A stretch of DNA of 64,000 nt. Origin: Rhynchobatus australiae. Lineage: Eukaryota. The notes under the pieces are model-generated. The model saw only the letters and a program-made list of their open reading frames with translations. It did not search any database and had not been told where the DNA came from. The stretch is taken from assembly GCA_034780895.1 (NCBI GenBank), contig JAUZTB010000001.1, forward strand, positions 125,328,024 to 125,392,023. Reading direction: 5' to 3'. Shown here in pieces: positions 50,821 through 64,000 of the stretch. Positions within the stretch are counted from its first letter, which is position 1, and each line of letters begins with the position of its first letter. Made by a program: the position numbers and the translations under genes.

Positions 50821-52067
50821 CTGAGATCAAAAGATTTTTTGTTACTTAGGGAATTAAGAGATATGAGATCAGTGCAGGAAAGTTTTGCTGAGGTAAAGAT
50901 CGCCATGATCTTATTGAATGGTGAAGCAGGTGTAAGAGCAGAGTAGCTTACATCTGCTTCTATTTTTATGCTCTTTACAGGAATACTTCAGTCTACATTT
51001 TGAGATTCAAGTTGGGCTTTCTGATGTGTTTACCAGTGTTACTAGATTAACTCCCCTACTGTGAAGCATACCTGATAAAGTCCTGCTACATATTTCAGTA
51101 GCTCTTAATGGAGCTCACTTGAAGTTTGTATCCCTGACACCACCTGTAAACTGAGTCTGCATTGTACCCCAGAAGTCTTTTATTAAGGTTGAATTGTATT
51201 GTTAGTGGAAGGAGGAGAGATTGGGTGGAGTAGGTTCTTCTGAAGGTTACTTTGAAGGGGGTAAAGTAATTACTTTAGAGTTGTTCCCCCATTGTCCAAA
51301 AAAGTAATAGAGCAGTATGCTGAACCTTTCCAGTTCAAAGTCAAATATTTAATTGATTGTCATGTGGCAATTGGAAATCTGTCTCCTATCTGGTTCAGAA
51401 CCATAAATCAATTTCCTTAATAGCCAGAGTATCCTGGAGAAAATAAGTGGTGGGTAAGGCACAGTAACAAGATCACCAACTGGTCATTCAGTTGCAAGTA
51501 AGTTGTACTGAGAAGCAGTGTCATTTTGTTCACCTTATATCTAAAAAGAACAGTATCCTTTCCATTACAGACTGCCAAAAAGATAGAGAGACAACCGAGT
51601 CTATGTTCCCAGCTTTCAATGATGAGAGTGAGAAACAGTATGGCCAGCACAAGTGACACCGACGATGGACTGTCTCATTTCCTACATGGAGGTTCTACTG
51701 CTTCATCAATCCGTGAGCCCCAAATAAATGGCACTTTCCTTCACCCTTCTTGCACGTTATAAGAAATTGCAGTGATTTTACAAGATGTGAACTCACACAC
51801 AGTCAATCTAACGGATGACCAAAGTATGAATCAGCTTAAAGAGCGTTGCTTATTTTGGACCAACTCATTTCCATTTTAATGAAACAGAAATTTTAGAACC
51901 CTTACTCCAGCATCTAAGATCTTTAAATATATGAAAGGACTTTAACATAAACCATTGTCCTTGAAACAGACCGTATCCAGTAATGATTGATGTTCCAGAT
52001 CCTACTCAAGATCCCATTCACTTCCCCTCTGATGTATCAGATGTCAGACTGATACTCAGTACTTCTA

Positions 52068-52530
52068 ATAGAACATAGAATACTACAGCACAGTGCAGGC
52101 CCTTCAGCCCACAATGTTATGCTGACATTTTATCCTGCTCTAATATCTACATAACCCTTGCCTCCCACATAGCCCTCCATTTTTCTATCATTCATGTGTC
52201 TACCTAAGAGTCCCTTAAATGTCCCTCATGTATCTGGTCCCACAACCTCTGCCGGCCGTGCATTTCCACGCACCCACCTCTCTCTGTGTAAAAAAAAACT
52301 TATCCCTGACATCTCCCTTATACCTTCCTTCAATCACCTTAAAATTATGTCCCCTCATGTTGGCCGTTGTCACCCTGGGAAGAAGTCTGACTGTCTGCTC
52401 AATCTATGCCTCTTATCATCTTGTACACCTCTATCAAGTCACCTCTCATCCTCCTCCTCTCCAAAGGAGAAAAGCCCTAGCTCACTCAACCCATCCTCAT
52501 AAGACATGCTCTCCAATCCAGGAAGCATCC
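52068..52530 (-). mobile_element. CR1/HER1 LINE 3' fragment
   Basis: ATAGAACATAGAA tail; TTGTACACCTCTATCAAGTCACCTCTCATC; similar to 40695-41108. Confidence 0.9.
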
Positions 52531-52914
52531 TATCACCCTTTCAATGACAACCCCTTTGTAATTTCCACCCATCCCTTTTCTCTGTAACATTTCTGATTTC
52601 TAATTTTCCTCAGTTCTTCTGAAAGGTACCATAGTCAGCTCCCGTTGTCTTTGTTGTATCCAGTATTCTGATGCAAAACAACCCAGAGCTCATGGGGGGG
52701 ATGCTCTGCCTGCAGATGTGGTGCAGGTAGGTTCCAATTTGGTTTTCAAGAAGTTGGATAAATACATGAAGAAAAGTTTGTGGGGCTACAGAGAAGGGGC
52801 CAGTGGCTGGAACCAATCTTTATTTCCAAGAAAATGAATTACCACCTCAATTTTTCAGCATTTACCCAGGATATTTTAGTAGACAATTAAGGACAGAAAA
52901 CAATTGCAAATGAC

Positions 52915-53045
52915 TCAACAAACAATTGGCTGGACGAATTCAGTGGTCAAGCAGCATCTGTGGGAAGGAAGGAACTGTTAATGCTTCAGGTCGAAACCCT
53001 GCATCAGGACTGAGAGTGGAGAGGCGAGATGGCCAGTGTAAAGAG
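52915..53045 (-). mobile_element. Penelope terminal repeat with decayed hammerhead
   Basis: Reverse strand reads CAGTCCTGATGCAGGGTTTCGACCTGAAGCATT..CCACAGATGCTGCTTGACC. Confidence 0.65.
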
Positions 53046-54368
53046 GGAAGATGTTAAGCTTATGAAAGGTGCTGTACAAATGCAAGCCTTACTTTTCATG
53101 AGTTGAGGTTTCAGGAGCTTCAGTGGAATGTTTCTTCTTGGAGTTTATGGAGTATCAGAATGGACACCAAATTACTCATAGTTGGTTTAACAAGTTGAGC
53201 TTTGGGACAACGTGAGCTGAAAAGCAGCGAGTTAAACCTCACGGGCAGTGGCCAACAGTCAGCCATTCAAAACAACTGGAGTTCAAGATGAACTGAAGAT
53301 TCAAAGATGGAATTTGTCAGTTTGCCCCACCACTGGTCACTCCATACAGTTCATCAGTGGGATCCTGTTGCACTGTTTTGGGGAAAATCACCTCTCACAC
53401 CTTGTGCAGGATTGGAGATCTCATCAATTTAAATGGGGGTTCCAGGGCTGCAGATTAGGAAGCAAATGATATTTTTAATGATGCTTAATGTATTTTAAGT
53501 AACTCATTTATTAATAAAACTTTAATGTTTATTTTCATTCATTTCAGTTTTAATGTTAGTGACATTCAAAAACTGTTAAAACAGTGGCAGCTCCACCCCA
53601 ATTTTACCTCTGTCACAGCCCATCAGTGGCCAGACCTCTGCACTGCAATCTGAGGACTAATGGTAACCCATCCTCACCAATTAACTACACGCTGCAGGCG
53701 GTCCATATGTTTGACCCTCCCCAGTTCCGTGCTGATATGCACAGACTATAGGTGGTGATTCTGGGTAGTGGCCCATTCTGGCCAATCTGCTTCTTTGTAT
53801 AGAACTCTCAGATGAAAAGAATCTTTACATCACCTTTCACAGGGACTCTTAGTGCTCCAGACTGGTGAGGTATTTCTCCCTCCATGTCTGCTGCCTGACA
53901 TACTGAGTATTTCCAGAATCCTCTATTTTATTTGCACCTTGGAAAAGCTAAACTGGAAACATATATTTTTACCATAATGGCAACTGTAAAGAACATTTTT
54001 TTTTACATACAACAATTATAAACAAAAAGGATAAAATATTTAGACTGATTCTTCCGTGAGTTAGTAAATTATATTTCAGATATAAAGTAGAAAGGAGAAT
54101 AAGAGAGAAGTAGGAGGAAGAATTTTAGGCAGCTCAATAAATGGGCTTAGAAATGAATGGCAACTTGACAGAGGGGCAGATAAAAGGTTGCACACTTTAA
54201 AGCAATAAGAGACAGACCATTCCAAATGTTGTCATTTATTTTTTTACTATTTTGGTGACAGTACAATCATGCACACAGTGAAAAGGAGCACAGTTAGATT
54301 CAAGGCACATGTGAGGGAATTGGTCAAACCCAACTGATTGCACTGCGAAGCAGAGGCAGATCTTCGGT

Positions 54369-54450
54369 CAATACAGACTTTACTACAACACAGACTTCAC
54401 TTCAATACAGACTTCACTTCAATACAGATTTCAATACAGACTTCACTTCA
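54369..54450. repeat. Minisatellite, ~17-bp unit CAATACAGACTTCACTT, 4-5 imperfect copies
   Basis: Directly visible tandem units. Confidence 0.85.
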
Positions 54451-57400
54451 GTCAGTTTCTTTCAAGCTTTTCAAACATCTCAGAATAAACCAGTTAATAA
54501 AAAAAAGAAAGCCACTATTCACTAACACGCAAGTCACTGGGTATTTGCTATCTGCTGGAGCAAATAAGAGGTAGTGGATCCTGTTGACATGCATCCATGG
54601 TCAGTTACATATACAGTTTAAAGATTACACCAGACAGTGGCAACAGCAGCAGGCAAATTATACAGGCTGAGTAAAACATCAGGGATCATTTCCAAAATTA
54701 TGCTTGAAACAGAAAATATTCAATAGAACAGGTGTAATGTACTGGCAACGATGAACAGATTGAGACAAAACAGTTTCTGGATATTGCAAGTATTGTTTGT
54801 AAAGCCACACCTCATAAGTAATATACTACTACAAATAGAAAACATTTTACTGTAAGAGTGTGTCATTATGCTGAGACCTGTCTGTGGTGAGTGTCAGTGG
54901 ACATAACTTTTACTTTACCAATTTGAGATACAAAACAAAGGTCCATGACAATCCAGAACTGACATCTGTAAACATCAACCAAGACAGTGTCATTCCCCTT
55001 TGCCTGACATTCCCCCATTAAGAAATCCAAGTGTGAGCACATTTTAGTGCAGTGACCCATATATTTCCCCCTACCCACACCTTTTGCAGCCCTGAATGCC
55101 TTTCAGTCCCAATGTCAGATTTGATCCCAGGTTGAAGGGGTCTTGTTTCAATAGCCTTTGCTCTTTAAGCTATGAATCAAAATCTTTGAAGTTGCAAACA
55201 ATGTGTCAGCATGTACAGTTTTAGTGGAACAATTTTTATACCTGCTAAGCCACTCAGGTACCACTCTAGGTGGAAAATCTGTATAAGAATTACTTACACC
55301 CTATACCTATTACTTCACACCAAGGATCACCCTTGTCTCTTCTGAAGTGTGGCAACAGTGAAATTGGTCAGCGAGAACAGAGCTATAAAGCCACCTCTAG
55401 AAATTTGACGGATTACTGTTTGCTTTTGCTAATTGTGCTAATTTTATCAAGAGATTAGTCACAATCATATCTGGGTGAATTCACTCCCCTCACAAAACTG
55501 GACTTAGCTCACCTTGATGCAGCGTCAGATGCGCATGGAATGAGATCAGTGTCACTGCTGCACCACTGAGACTGGCTCCAATATTGGGAGAATAACCAAT
55601 TTATGACTGTCATTAAAAAAAAACAGGAACACAAAGGGCTGAAATCCAGGTGGTATTGAATTAAAGGCTGTCCATTCTGACTTTGAGCTTCTGATCCCAA
55701 CATCTGAAAGGTTCATAGTCCATTGATCAAAATATTCCTACAATCATTTTCCATTGCTCCATCATTGTTTGCAGCCTTGTTATGATATGTACCTCAGTAC
55801 ATCACACTGTGACCCTTGCCTCAGTGATCATCCTGCATATCATAATGGCATCCAGCCACTTACAGCATGGGTCTCCATCAGGGCAGTACATTTCATAGGA
55901 CTGGAGTTGGGAGGGATGTTAGCCAGACAAACTGAAGGTTGCCTTCTTCCCCCATTCCCCACCTGCACAGCAGCCATTTGTACAGCTTGTTCCTGTGAAC
56001 ATGATGATGGTTTCTTTAAGGCTTGGTGACTTTCTCTGCGCATAGTTCATCAAAACCATGGAAATGGCAATGATTCTCTGAGGCTCCCACCAGGAAGTGC
56101 ATGGGTCTCTTTTCATTCCTCTTTCTCGGTATAAACCACACCAGCACTGCCTCAAACATCTGTTTGGCCTGTTTCATGATTTTCTGGAGGGGAAGCTGAC
56201 TTGATGCTAAAGCCAAATGCAGTGATGTTCTAGTGCACCAAAAATGGGTGAAGCTCAATTTCTAGGGAACAGTTATTTCAAGCCCACGACACCAAAAACA
56301 CAATTCATTTACAAACTGCCACTTAATCCAATCAACTAACCAATGATATCCAATGGAAACACAAGAGACTGCAGATGTTGGAATCTGGAGCAACCCAAAG
56401 GCAACTTGTGTCTTACTTAGTCTTTTGCCATCATAATATTCTAAGGAGTCAAACTGCATTATTGTCGGCACTGTGGAAGTTGATTAATAGTATCACTTAA
56501 TCAGAACTTGCTGCCCTGCAACTACCTGCAGCCACAGCTCTGCTGGGTTATCCAAGTTGTGCACTGGTGTAGTATAGAAGTTCATGATCTGAAACAAGGG
56601 AATTTTGTGATTTCCAAATATATCTTCCTCTGAACAATTCCAGAGACATGCCTCCCACATAGAGAGAAAGCTGTTAAGTGTAAGGGTGTGGACAATCGAG
56701 GATTGGTACAGCTGCCATTATCGGGTTCAACTGTTTCTCATTCAGTTAATCTGGGCTCTAAAACCACCCTATCAGAGTTGCAACTAAATCTTATTTTCCA
56801 CTAAAATGATACTTTTCAATCAGGTCCACATAGAACTCCAAGATTTGCAGTCATAAAGGGGTGCACTTCTCATTACTTAGGCAATTTGAGAGATCAGACA
56901 CAACTCATTAGTGAATGTCCTGTAGGTTTTTAGAACTGAAGTAACTCCTCAGTTTGTAGAAAATACTTAAATATCAAATAGTGATGTCCTTAGCTTTCCT
57001 TTTTCAACCATCACCATGCTGTTGTCTATATTTAACACAAAAGGAATCACTAACCACAAGATACGTGATGATTACTGGAACAAGGTGCAATCTAATCAGT
57101 TTTAATTACCAAATTCAGTCCATACTTCCCTGCTTCTTCTCAACCTTCTCCAAACCAGCACACTGCAAATGTATTCTCAAAACCCAGGACACATTTGAGT
57201 CTCCAAGCTGTTGTCAAAAGTCAGCACAAACCACATTAAAACAGGTGCTATTCCTTGCAGCAATAATATTTCAAGGCATAACTTGGAATGAGTCAAATAT
57301 CTAACTGCATTTTATGGAGTTAGTCTACAGATTTTTTTTTAAAAGTAGTTCCAAGAACCCAATTTGGAGCTTGTTTTAAAATAAACAATTCATTGTCAAA

Positions 57401-60400
57401 CACAAGAAAAGAAACAGAAAACATTAAATAGGGCAAAAACAAAGACAGGCTCAGTTCCTTCTATTCAAAGAATATTTTTCCCCTTATTATAACTGGGTGA
57501 AATTGAAAACTAAACTTAAAATCTATCAGTCAGAATAATTATGCTGTAAGAGGCATATCCCTCTTCTTCCCAAGTTCTCAATATATCATCCCCCAATTTC
57601 CTGTTGGTTATACAGGAAGCACTTTGCATGGAAATCAATTCTTACTCTCTGGTTTTGCCTTGTTCAGTTTCTCAAATTTCCTCGGTCAATACTAGATGTT
57701 TATGTTCTGATATCAATTAAATACTAGGATTAGACTCTTGTTCTTTTCTCTTCATTTTTGTTATCACATCTAATTTGTCGCTGTTCCATAGGCAAGATTG
57801 GTCGACTATCACTGTTCCAACCAGAAGTGGTCACATTTGTAACAGTGAATATTTACTGATGTACTCTTGAATATTGTAACATTTACAAAAGAAAACAAGT
57901 TATAAAGCAAGGTTTAAGAGTCATGCTGTTTATACATTTTCTCTTGCAGTTAACTATATGAAACTGAAACAACTGCTTTTGGGTACGGTGCACAGGACAA
58001 CCCCTAGACTAAAAAAAAGGTAAGTCAGGACTGAACTGTATACAAAGGCCCATTCCTTTTAAGAAATACACTAATTAAATAGCTCGTATACAATCCAAAA
58101 GACAATGGACAAAATTGCAATACCTGAATTAGTCTACTCTTGGTCACTGAAACTTTCTGAATGGCTTATCAACATCCAGATCCAAAACTTTATACAAAAA
58201 AGTCTTTCGAAATGGACCAACCAAAGAATGTTCTGAAATTGACTCAGTTGTACAAGACATAGTTCTTCATGCAATAAAAATAGTAGAATAAACATCAAAT
58301 ATTTTTGGTTTTATATAAGCAGCAGTTAAGATTAGAATCAGATAAATTAAAATTCAATACATTCTGGTGTATAGACTATGAAAATTGGTGCCACAATATA
58401 TCACACTAAATATGCACTCCACCAATCACTTAAGCACACAGCTTAAAATATTGTGCAATATTACCAGAAAGCTTTAGATAATGTCACTGTGACAGTCGAA
58501 TAGATGCAATGGATTAAATTTACTCCAATCCATCTAGCTTAATCCCATACTGCTGAGTTTTAGGCAAGCCTACACTTTAAAGCCAGGACTTTGTTAAAAC
58601 AGAACAGCTGTATGCTTCTGCATGTGGAAGATATCAGCTTCGAACAATGCCTTTCGCGACAACTAAATGTATGAAGGGAGAAATATCAGTTGTGCCAAAT
58701 AGGATGGGTCTCATGATCCCAGACTTTCAGGCAAAAGTAGCTCTTTATAACTTAATTGAATGAGTTCGATGTTGCAGCATTCACATTCTTGAGTGACAAA
58801 CATTATTCCTGCACAAACCCAGAACACTTAGATGAAAATTCCATGGACTGCCTGCTATTACAGAGAAACAGCTGCTGAACACAGATCACTGCACAAAGTA
58901 CAAGGCTATAAATTTCCACTTTCTTCTCAACCTAGCAACTGGCTTAATTTTCTTGACATTTTGCCAGGTTCCTCCTCACTACCAACCCCTCCCATCCAAA
59001 AGGTGCTCAGCAACAGAACAATGAAACCTCTCCTCCTAAACTACCCTCCCCCCATGTACTACCACAGATGAGCTGGCAAGGGAAGGAATCACAGACCTGG
59101 TACTGACCTTTCACAAGGTGGCACCAACTGGGAAACATGGAACTGGAAGGAAGGCGAGTAATTTATCTTACAAGAGTTTAGATTATTGAATGTGACCTTG
59201 CAATGAATCTGCCAACAGTGGTGAATCCAGATGTAGGTCTGCATATGGTACAATGAATTTGTTCTGTATCTATGCCCTCCTTATTTTGGCACTGCCATTA
59301 AGTTAGTCTGACCATTAAACAGTATATGTTAAGTTACAGAGAACACAAACTCCCCCAGATTTTCACAACCCTTTCAGTGAAGAAATGCCTATCCTCTTNN
59401 NNNNNNNNNNNNNNNNNNNNNNNNNNNNNNNNNNNNNNNNNNNNNNNNNNNNNNNNNNNNNNNNNNNNNNNNNNNNNNNNNNNNNNNNNNNNNNNNNNNN
59501 NNNNNNNNNNNNATTAAGGTGATCTAACAGTGCCACCTCCTGGTAATATTGCACATGGACGTGATAATCGTGAAGCTCTAATTCAAATGGCAAACAAAAT
59601 AAAAATTCTAATTTTTCATGTTTAAGCTGCTAAATTACCTTTCAGTAGTTACATCAAAGAATGGACCAGTGAAACTGAGTCTTGCCAATTGCTGGCAAGG
59701 TAGCAGGGCAGTCACTCAGCCACTCCTCACTAACTTTCATCCAACGACAAGAGAGGAAAAACACAAACATGCCAAAGTGGTTGTCTAATATCTAGTGCAC
59801 TAAACTATTCACTGTAAACATATTTGGGCCTGGTTTCCATGGGAAGAAGGAACAAGTCCAAATTATTCCCAGGCCGGAGTTATATTTAAGAGCTGCAAGA
59901 AGATTAGGGCAGTGTAAAGGTGGAGCTGTTTTAAGAATAATCTCAATAAAATCTTCCTAAGATCCTATAGCGAATAAATCAAATGAAACTGGAGTGATTA
60001 TTAACCCAAAACAAAAACAATGCAGGTTTTATTCGGATGCATTGTCCATTCAGCCTGCAATCTTCATACATAATGACTTTGGATTTGAATCAGAAAAATA
60101 CAAGTTTTAGTTCCACGTAAAACAAGGCAGCTCGAGGAGCAGTGGGTGCAGGAAATCATGGAATTAGTAAAGTAAAAATACCCACTTTGGTTTTAAGAGG
60201 TTAACTTCTGCACCTTCTGTTTCTTTAACATAGCAAGTGCTCAGATAGTGACATAGTTGTGACACTTCCTTTCGTTTTTTCATTCTAAAATTGTCCAAGC
60301 ACAGTTTCAATGCCGAGTGCCACTGAGACTCCAATATGCTGATTAAATATTGAAGTCCTCTCATTATGGGAAAGAACTTGAGACCTCACCTATCCACTGC

Positions 60401-61397
60401 TTGTAAATGACAAATCTGGGAAATGAGCAAAAACATCCTACAAATTCCTCAAAGTCGCTCTTCTTTTTCCTTCTTAGAGAGGGAACTAAAGGAAAAGTAA
60501 CGACTGCTTGTAACATTGCAGTGTAAACATCACAATCTATGTACACAGTAGAAAACAGATGAAGCTTTACAGCTGAGTTTTGTTCACACCTTTGTTTCAA
60601 ATCAAGAGATGTATAGAAGTACATTGTTAATAACTATTAAATTTAACAATAATAAGACTATGTAGGATATCACATCATCATACCTCTGTTCTTGGAATCC
60701 ATGTTGTGTATTTTCAGAAGTCACTTAGCTTACAAGCAAATATGCTGTTATTTGGACCCAACCCCCACTTTACCAAACTTCAACAATCGCCTCAACTTTA
60801 CCCTTTCTATTTTTATTTGAAGTACAGAGTTTTTATTTACTGAGAACTTCTTGTGTCAGGTAAAGCTTACAGCATGCCTTGTCCCAAAATTCAACCAGAT
60901 CCTTGCAAACTGACAGAACAGATCTCATAGGGGTTTAACCAAACGTGAACTTCACAGAACTCTCACAATAGCTCGCAGCTCCTGAGAGCAAACTATACAG
61001 CGATTTTAAAAAGGGCTCCTGTGTGCTGACCGAGGTGAAGTGTCACAGAGGAGAGAAGTGAAGTGCCCAAATAGATGGGATGAAAGAAAGGATTCCTGAT
61101 GAACTGAATTAGCCAATTATGGTTGATTCCTGTTGAGAGAATTAATAGTTCCAGTATGGTAAAAGCCTAACAAAGCAATTTTTGCTAATATCAATACTTA
61201 ACAAGAACTAGATTGAGTATCCACACTTTATCAAAGGGTCTGCAAACTGCTCCTCAAGGAACCTTTCGATACTGTGCTCCAGTCCCCGCACCAACCTGTG
61301 AAGTCATTCAAACAAAACATAAATTGGTCTATTGATTTAAGAAACTGGATCATGTTGATCCCCATTAATGATTTTTTTTCTTGGGTTTAGTCAGTAG

Positions 61398-61714
61398 TTA
61401 TTGCGAGGAAGCTTTGGTTGCCATGGGGGCAACGCAGTTCTGAAAGTTGGGCGGCAAAGCTGAATTGCAACTTAGCCGCTGGTGCTGCAGCCTCTTGCTG
61501 CTGGTCGGGTCATCTTCCATAAGCCACGCCTCCTTTGTCGCCATGGTCACAAAACCTGAGGCAGCAGGACAGGCCCGGTCCCCACAGATGCTTGCGGCCT
61601 GCTCAGGCGCAGTATTGTTCTGGCTGAACTGAGGCGACTCCGGGCTTTGATCTTGCAGAACAACTTGAATGTGGTTTATCAGCTCGGTGAAGAACTCTGG
61701 CACGCCTTCGTATC
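61398..61714 (-). CDS. ITPK1: Inositol-tetrakisphosphate 1-kinase, last coding exon (upstream exons probably lie beyond the window)
   Basis: ttgcag acceptor on -; GYEGVPEFFTELINHI...LQHQRLSCN...APMATKASSQ* vs human GYEGVSEFFTDLLNHI...LPHQRLGCN...ASLATKASSQ*; convergent with CHGA as in human. Confidence 0.96.
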
Positions 61715-62597
61715 CTGCAACAAAGTCAAGACAAACGATTGTTTTCCTGTAAATGCACAGACACAAATTTTTTTGGGGGAATATGAAGGTATTTATAAAG
61801 GATCACACCTTCTTGGAGAAACTCCCATTGACTGATTAGGATTGGCCTGATGGACGTAATGGAAATTCTCTTTCATATAAACGTTCAGTGGTGCAGCTGA
61901 GTGCCAGCCACCTTTTCAGACGAGGGCCCCACATTTGTGGATTCAAGGTCATAACTGAGATCACTTTGAGGTGTAGGAGTCAGGATAGCCAGCAAACATC
62001 ACCGCAATCAGGGCCTATGTTGTAGCCAGACGTGACGGGAGCAAAGAGCAAGCTTTGAATGTCAGAAGTCTAGAGTGGGTGGCCAGTGTTCAGGAATGAG
62101 GTGGGCAGAGAAGGAAGAGTATTTCCAGCATTTTCTGTTTTCGATGTAGATTTCCAGCATCTACAGTTTATTTGATTTCCAAGGAAGTTCACAGACTGCG
62201 CTGTGGCGAGGGGTTAATCAGATGATCGAGGTAATTGCTTTTATTCCTTTGGTTTCAAATCCAATGAGAAACACTTTTTGTTTTCAGAGCAGTTCAAACT
62301 GAACCCAGTCTTTAATCTCATTGAAAGCAAAAAGGATCATTCCTAAAATTAGATTCTGTAGTTAGATAAATTAAAATCATGCTGTCTTTTGTGACTTGGT
62401 CCCCAATTTGCAGCTAAATAATGCTTAAAATGTTTCCACTTCATTTTAAAACACATCACTGAACCAAACATGTCTGCATTGCATGACATTCCATTAAAAA
62501 TTTTCAAGGGTGTTCTGCAATAATTTTAAGGTAGGCTGAAATATCCTATTGTCACCAAAGTTTGTTGCTCACGCAGGAGAAATGTAATGATGTTTCG

Positions 62598-62873
62598 GGC
62601 AGGCACGGTGGTGTAGTGGTTAGCATAACACTATTACAGCACCAGCGACCTGGGTTCAATTCTGGCCGCTGTCTGTAAGGAGTTTGTACGTTCTCCCCGT
62701 GACCACATGGGCTTCCTCGGGTGCTCTGGTTTCCTCCCACATTCCAAAGACATACGGGTTAGGAAGTTATGGGCATGCTATGTTGGCGCTGGAAGCGTGG
62801 TGACATTTGTGGGCTGCCCCCAGAACATTAGAACATTCTATGCAAAAGATTTATTTCACGCTGTGTTTTGATG
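62598..62873 (+). mobile_element. Well-preserved tRNA-derived V-SINE in the ITPK1 last intron
   Basis: A box TGGTGTAGTGG; B box GGTTCAATTC; V-domain GGAGTTTGTACGTTCTCCCCGTGACC..TTTCCTCCCACATTCCAAAGAC. Confidence 0.88.
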
Positions 62874-63614
62874 NNNNNNNNNNNNNNNNNNNNNNNNNNN
62901 NNNNNNNNNNNNNNNNNNNNNNNNNNNNNNNNNNNNNNNNNNNNNNNNNNNNNNNNNNNNNNNNNNNNNNNNNNNNNNNNNNNNNNNNNCCTCCTAATCA
63001 ATGCAATCACTTGCCAGATGGACTTCTGACAGTATTACTTACACCTTGCACACTGTATGAACATGCATCACAAACTCTCATCCTCCCTATATAGGACAAT
63101 ACCACCCTACACTCAGTACTCACAGGATCTCTCAAACTGAAATTCAGTTGGCTCCACTCCTCAATTTTCCCTCCTAGAATCCTCCAATTTTAACTCCAAT
63201 GCCTCTTCTCCTGTCATTAATTGCAGAAGACACAGGCTTGGAAGATATTCTCGAAGAAACCTTGGCGAACTTATTCAATGCATTTTGTAAATGGTTCACA
63301 CTGGAGTCACAGCACACCAGTGTGGTGGGGGAATATAAGGAAAGGGTAGTGGAGTGGGTGCAAATCAAGAAGGCACAGGCTACAAGGATCAATATCTTGT
63401 TCTGGTTCCTATGCTTTTTTGTGACAATGGCAATGCAGCTCCAATGGAGAATCTATGACAATAAACATCCATTTCAAAAGTCCCAAAGTATCAGACCTAC
63501 AAATGTGCAGTTTGAAGAGTGAACATTTGCAGTTTAAGGTTGCAAAATCTGGGAGTTGAGCGCACCACAAAGGTGCATCTTTTTTGAGAATGAGCTATAG
63601 GTATTAGAACCTAT

Positions 63615-63698
63615 TTCTGGTTTGGAATGAATTTCACAGTTATGACCTCCTTCTGGTTTATAACCTCCTTCTGGTTTGGAATGAATTTCACAGTTATG
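63615..63698. repeat. Local tandem duplication
   Basis: TTCTGGTTTGGAATGAATTTCACAGTTATG twice, separated by ACCTCCTTCTGGTTTATAACCTCC. Confidence 0.85.
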
Positions 63699-63944
63699 GA
63701 GGGAAGCAAAGTGTGGGAATGTGTTCACGGATATCCGTGCCTGACACTGCATGGAAATGGAAGTGTGCCAGCCAGCTGATTCCTGGAATTCAACATTCTT
63801 GTTGTACCACAAGGATCAGAAGTCAGACACGGCAAGTTTCTCATAACCCCTGGTTGTTAAACAAAACCCATTACATTTCTTGCTGGAAACTGCATGCTTT
63901 CGAAAGCAGAAGGCAGCTTTTAAAAATATTGCCAAAGGCACATA

Positions 63945-64000
63945 GATTCATAGAGATATGCAGCATGGAAATAGGCCCCTCGACCCAACTCGTCCATGCC
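63945..64000 (-). mobile_element. CR1/HER1-type tail (truncated by window end)
   Basis: CATAGAGATATGCAGCATGGAAATAGGCCCCTCGACCCAACTCGTCCATGCC. Confidence 0.7.

Noticed and set aside
54369-54450. Short repeats suggestive of a CRISPR array
   Set aside because: Head-to-tail units without unique spacers; eukaryotic context with no cas genes.
62600-62670. tRNA gene
   Set aside because: A and B boxes run directly into a V-SINE body, so this is a SINE head.
63199-63522. 107-aa ORF resembling a membrane protein
   Set aside because: Antisense reading of a LINE fragment also seen near 19330 and 28300.

Overview
Vertebrate nuclear DNA, almost certainly a cartilaginous fish (shark/ray), judged from its repeats: HER1/CR1 LINE tails, V-SINE/HE1, SacSINE1-type DeuSINEs, Rex1/Babar, RTE and Penelope. 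It holds a complete chromogranin A (CHGA) gene on the + strand, which I spliced by hand from seven GT-AG exons (38138-38180, 38599-38645, 38770-38863, 39133-39201, 42912-43001, 43743-44626 with 439 N inside, 47506-47589; about 436 aa). The last coding exon of ITPK1 lies convergently on the - strand (61398-61714), matching the CHGA-ITPK1 synteny of other vertebrates. The first ~37 kb contain no gene I can recognise and consist mostly of decayed transposons. Points of interest: a near-consensus REST/RE1 site in CHGA intron 1; a CRE/ETS/TATA-like promoter module; an apparently fused exon 6/7; a divergent serpinin C-terminus; a 38-bp fold-back inside an intronic SINE; decayed minimal hammerhead ribozymes in Penelope ends; and two phase-compatible exon-like segments downstream of CHGA. 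I found no evidence of a wholly new system. No prokaryotic features (CRISPR etc.) are present. Repeat boundaries are approximate, and human comparisons are from memory.
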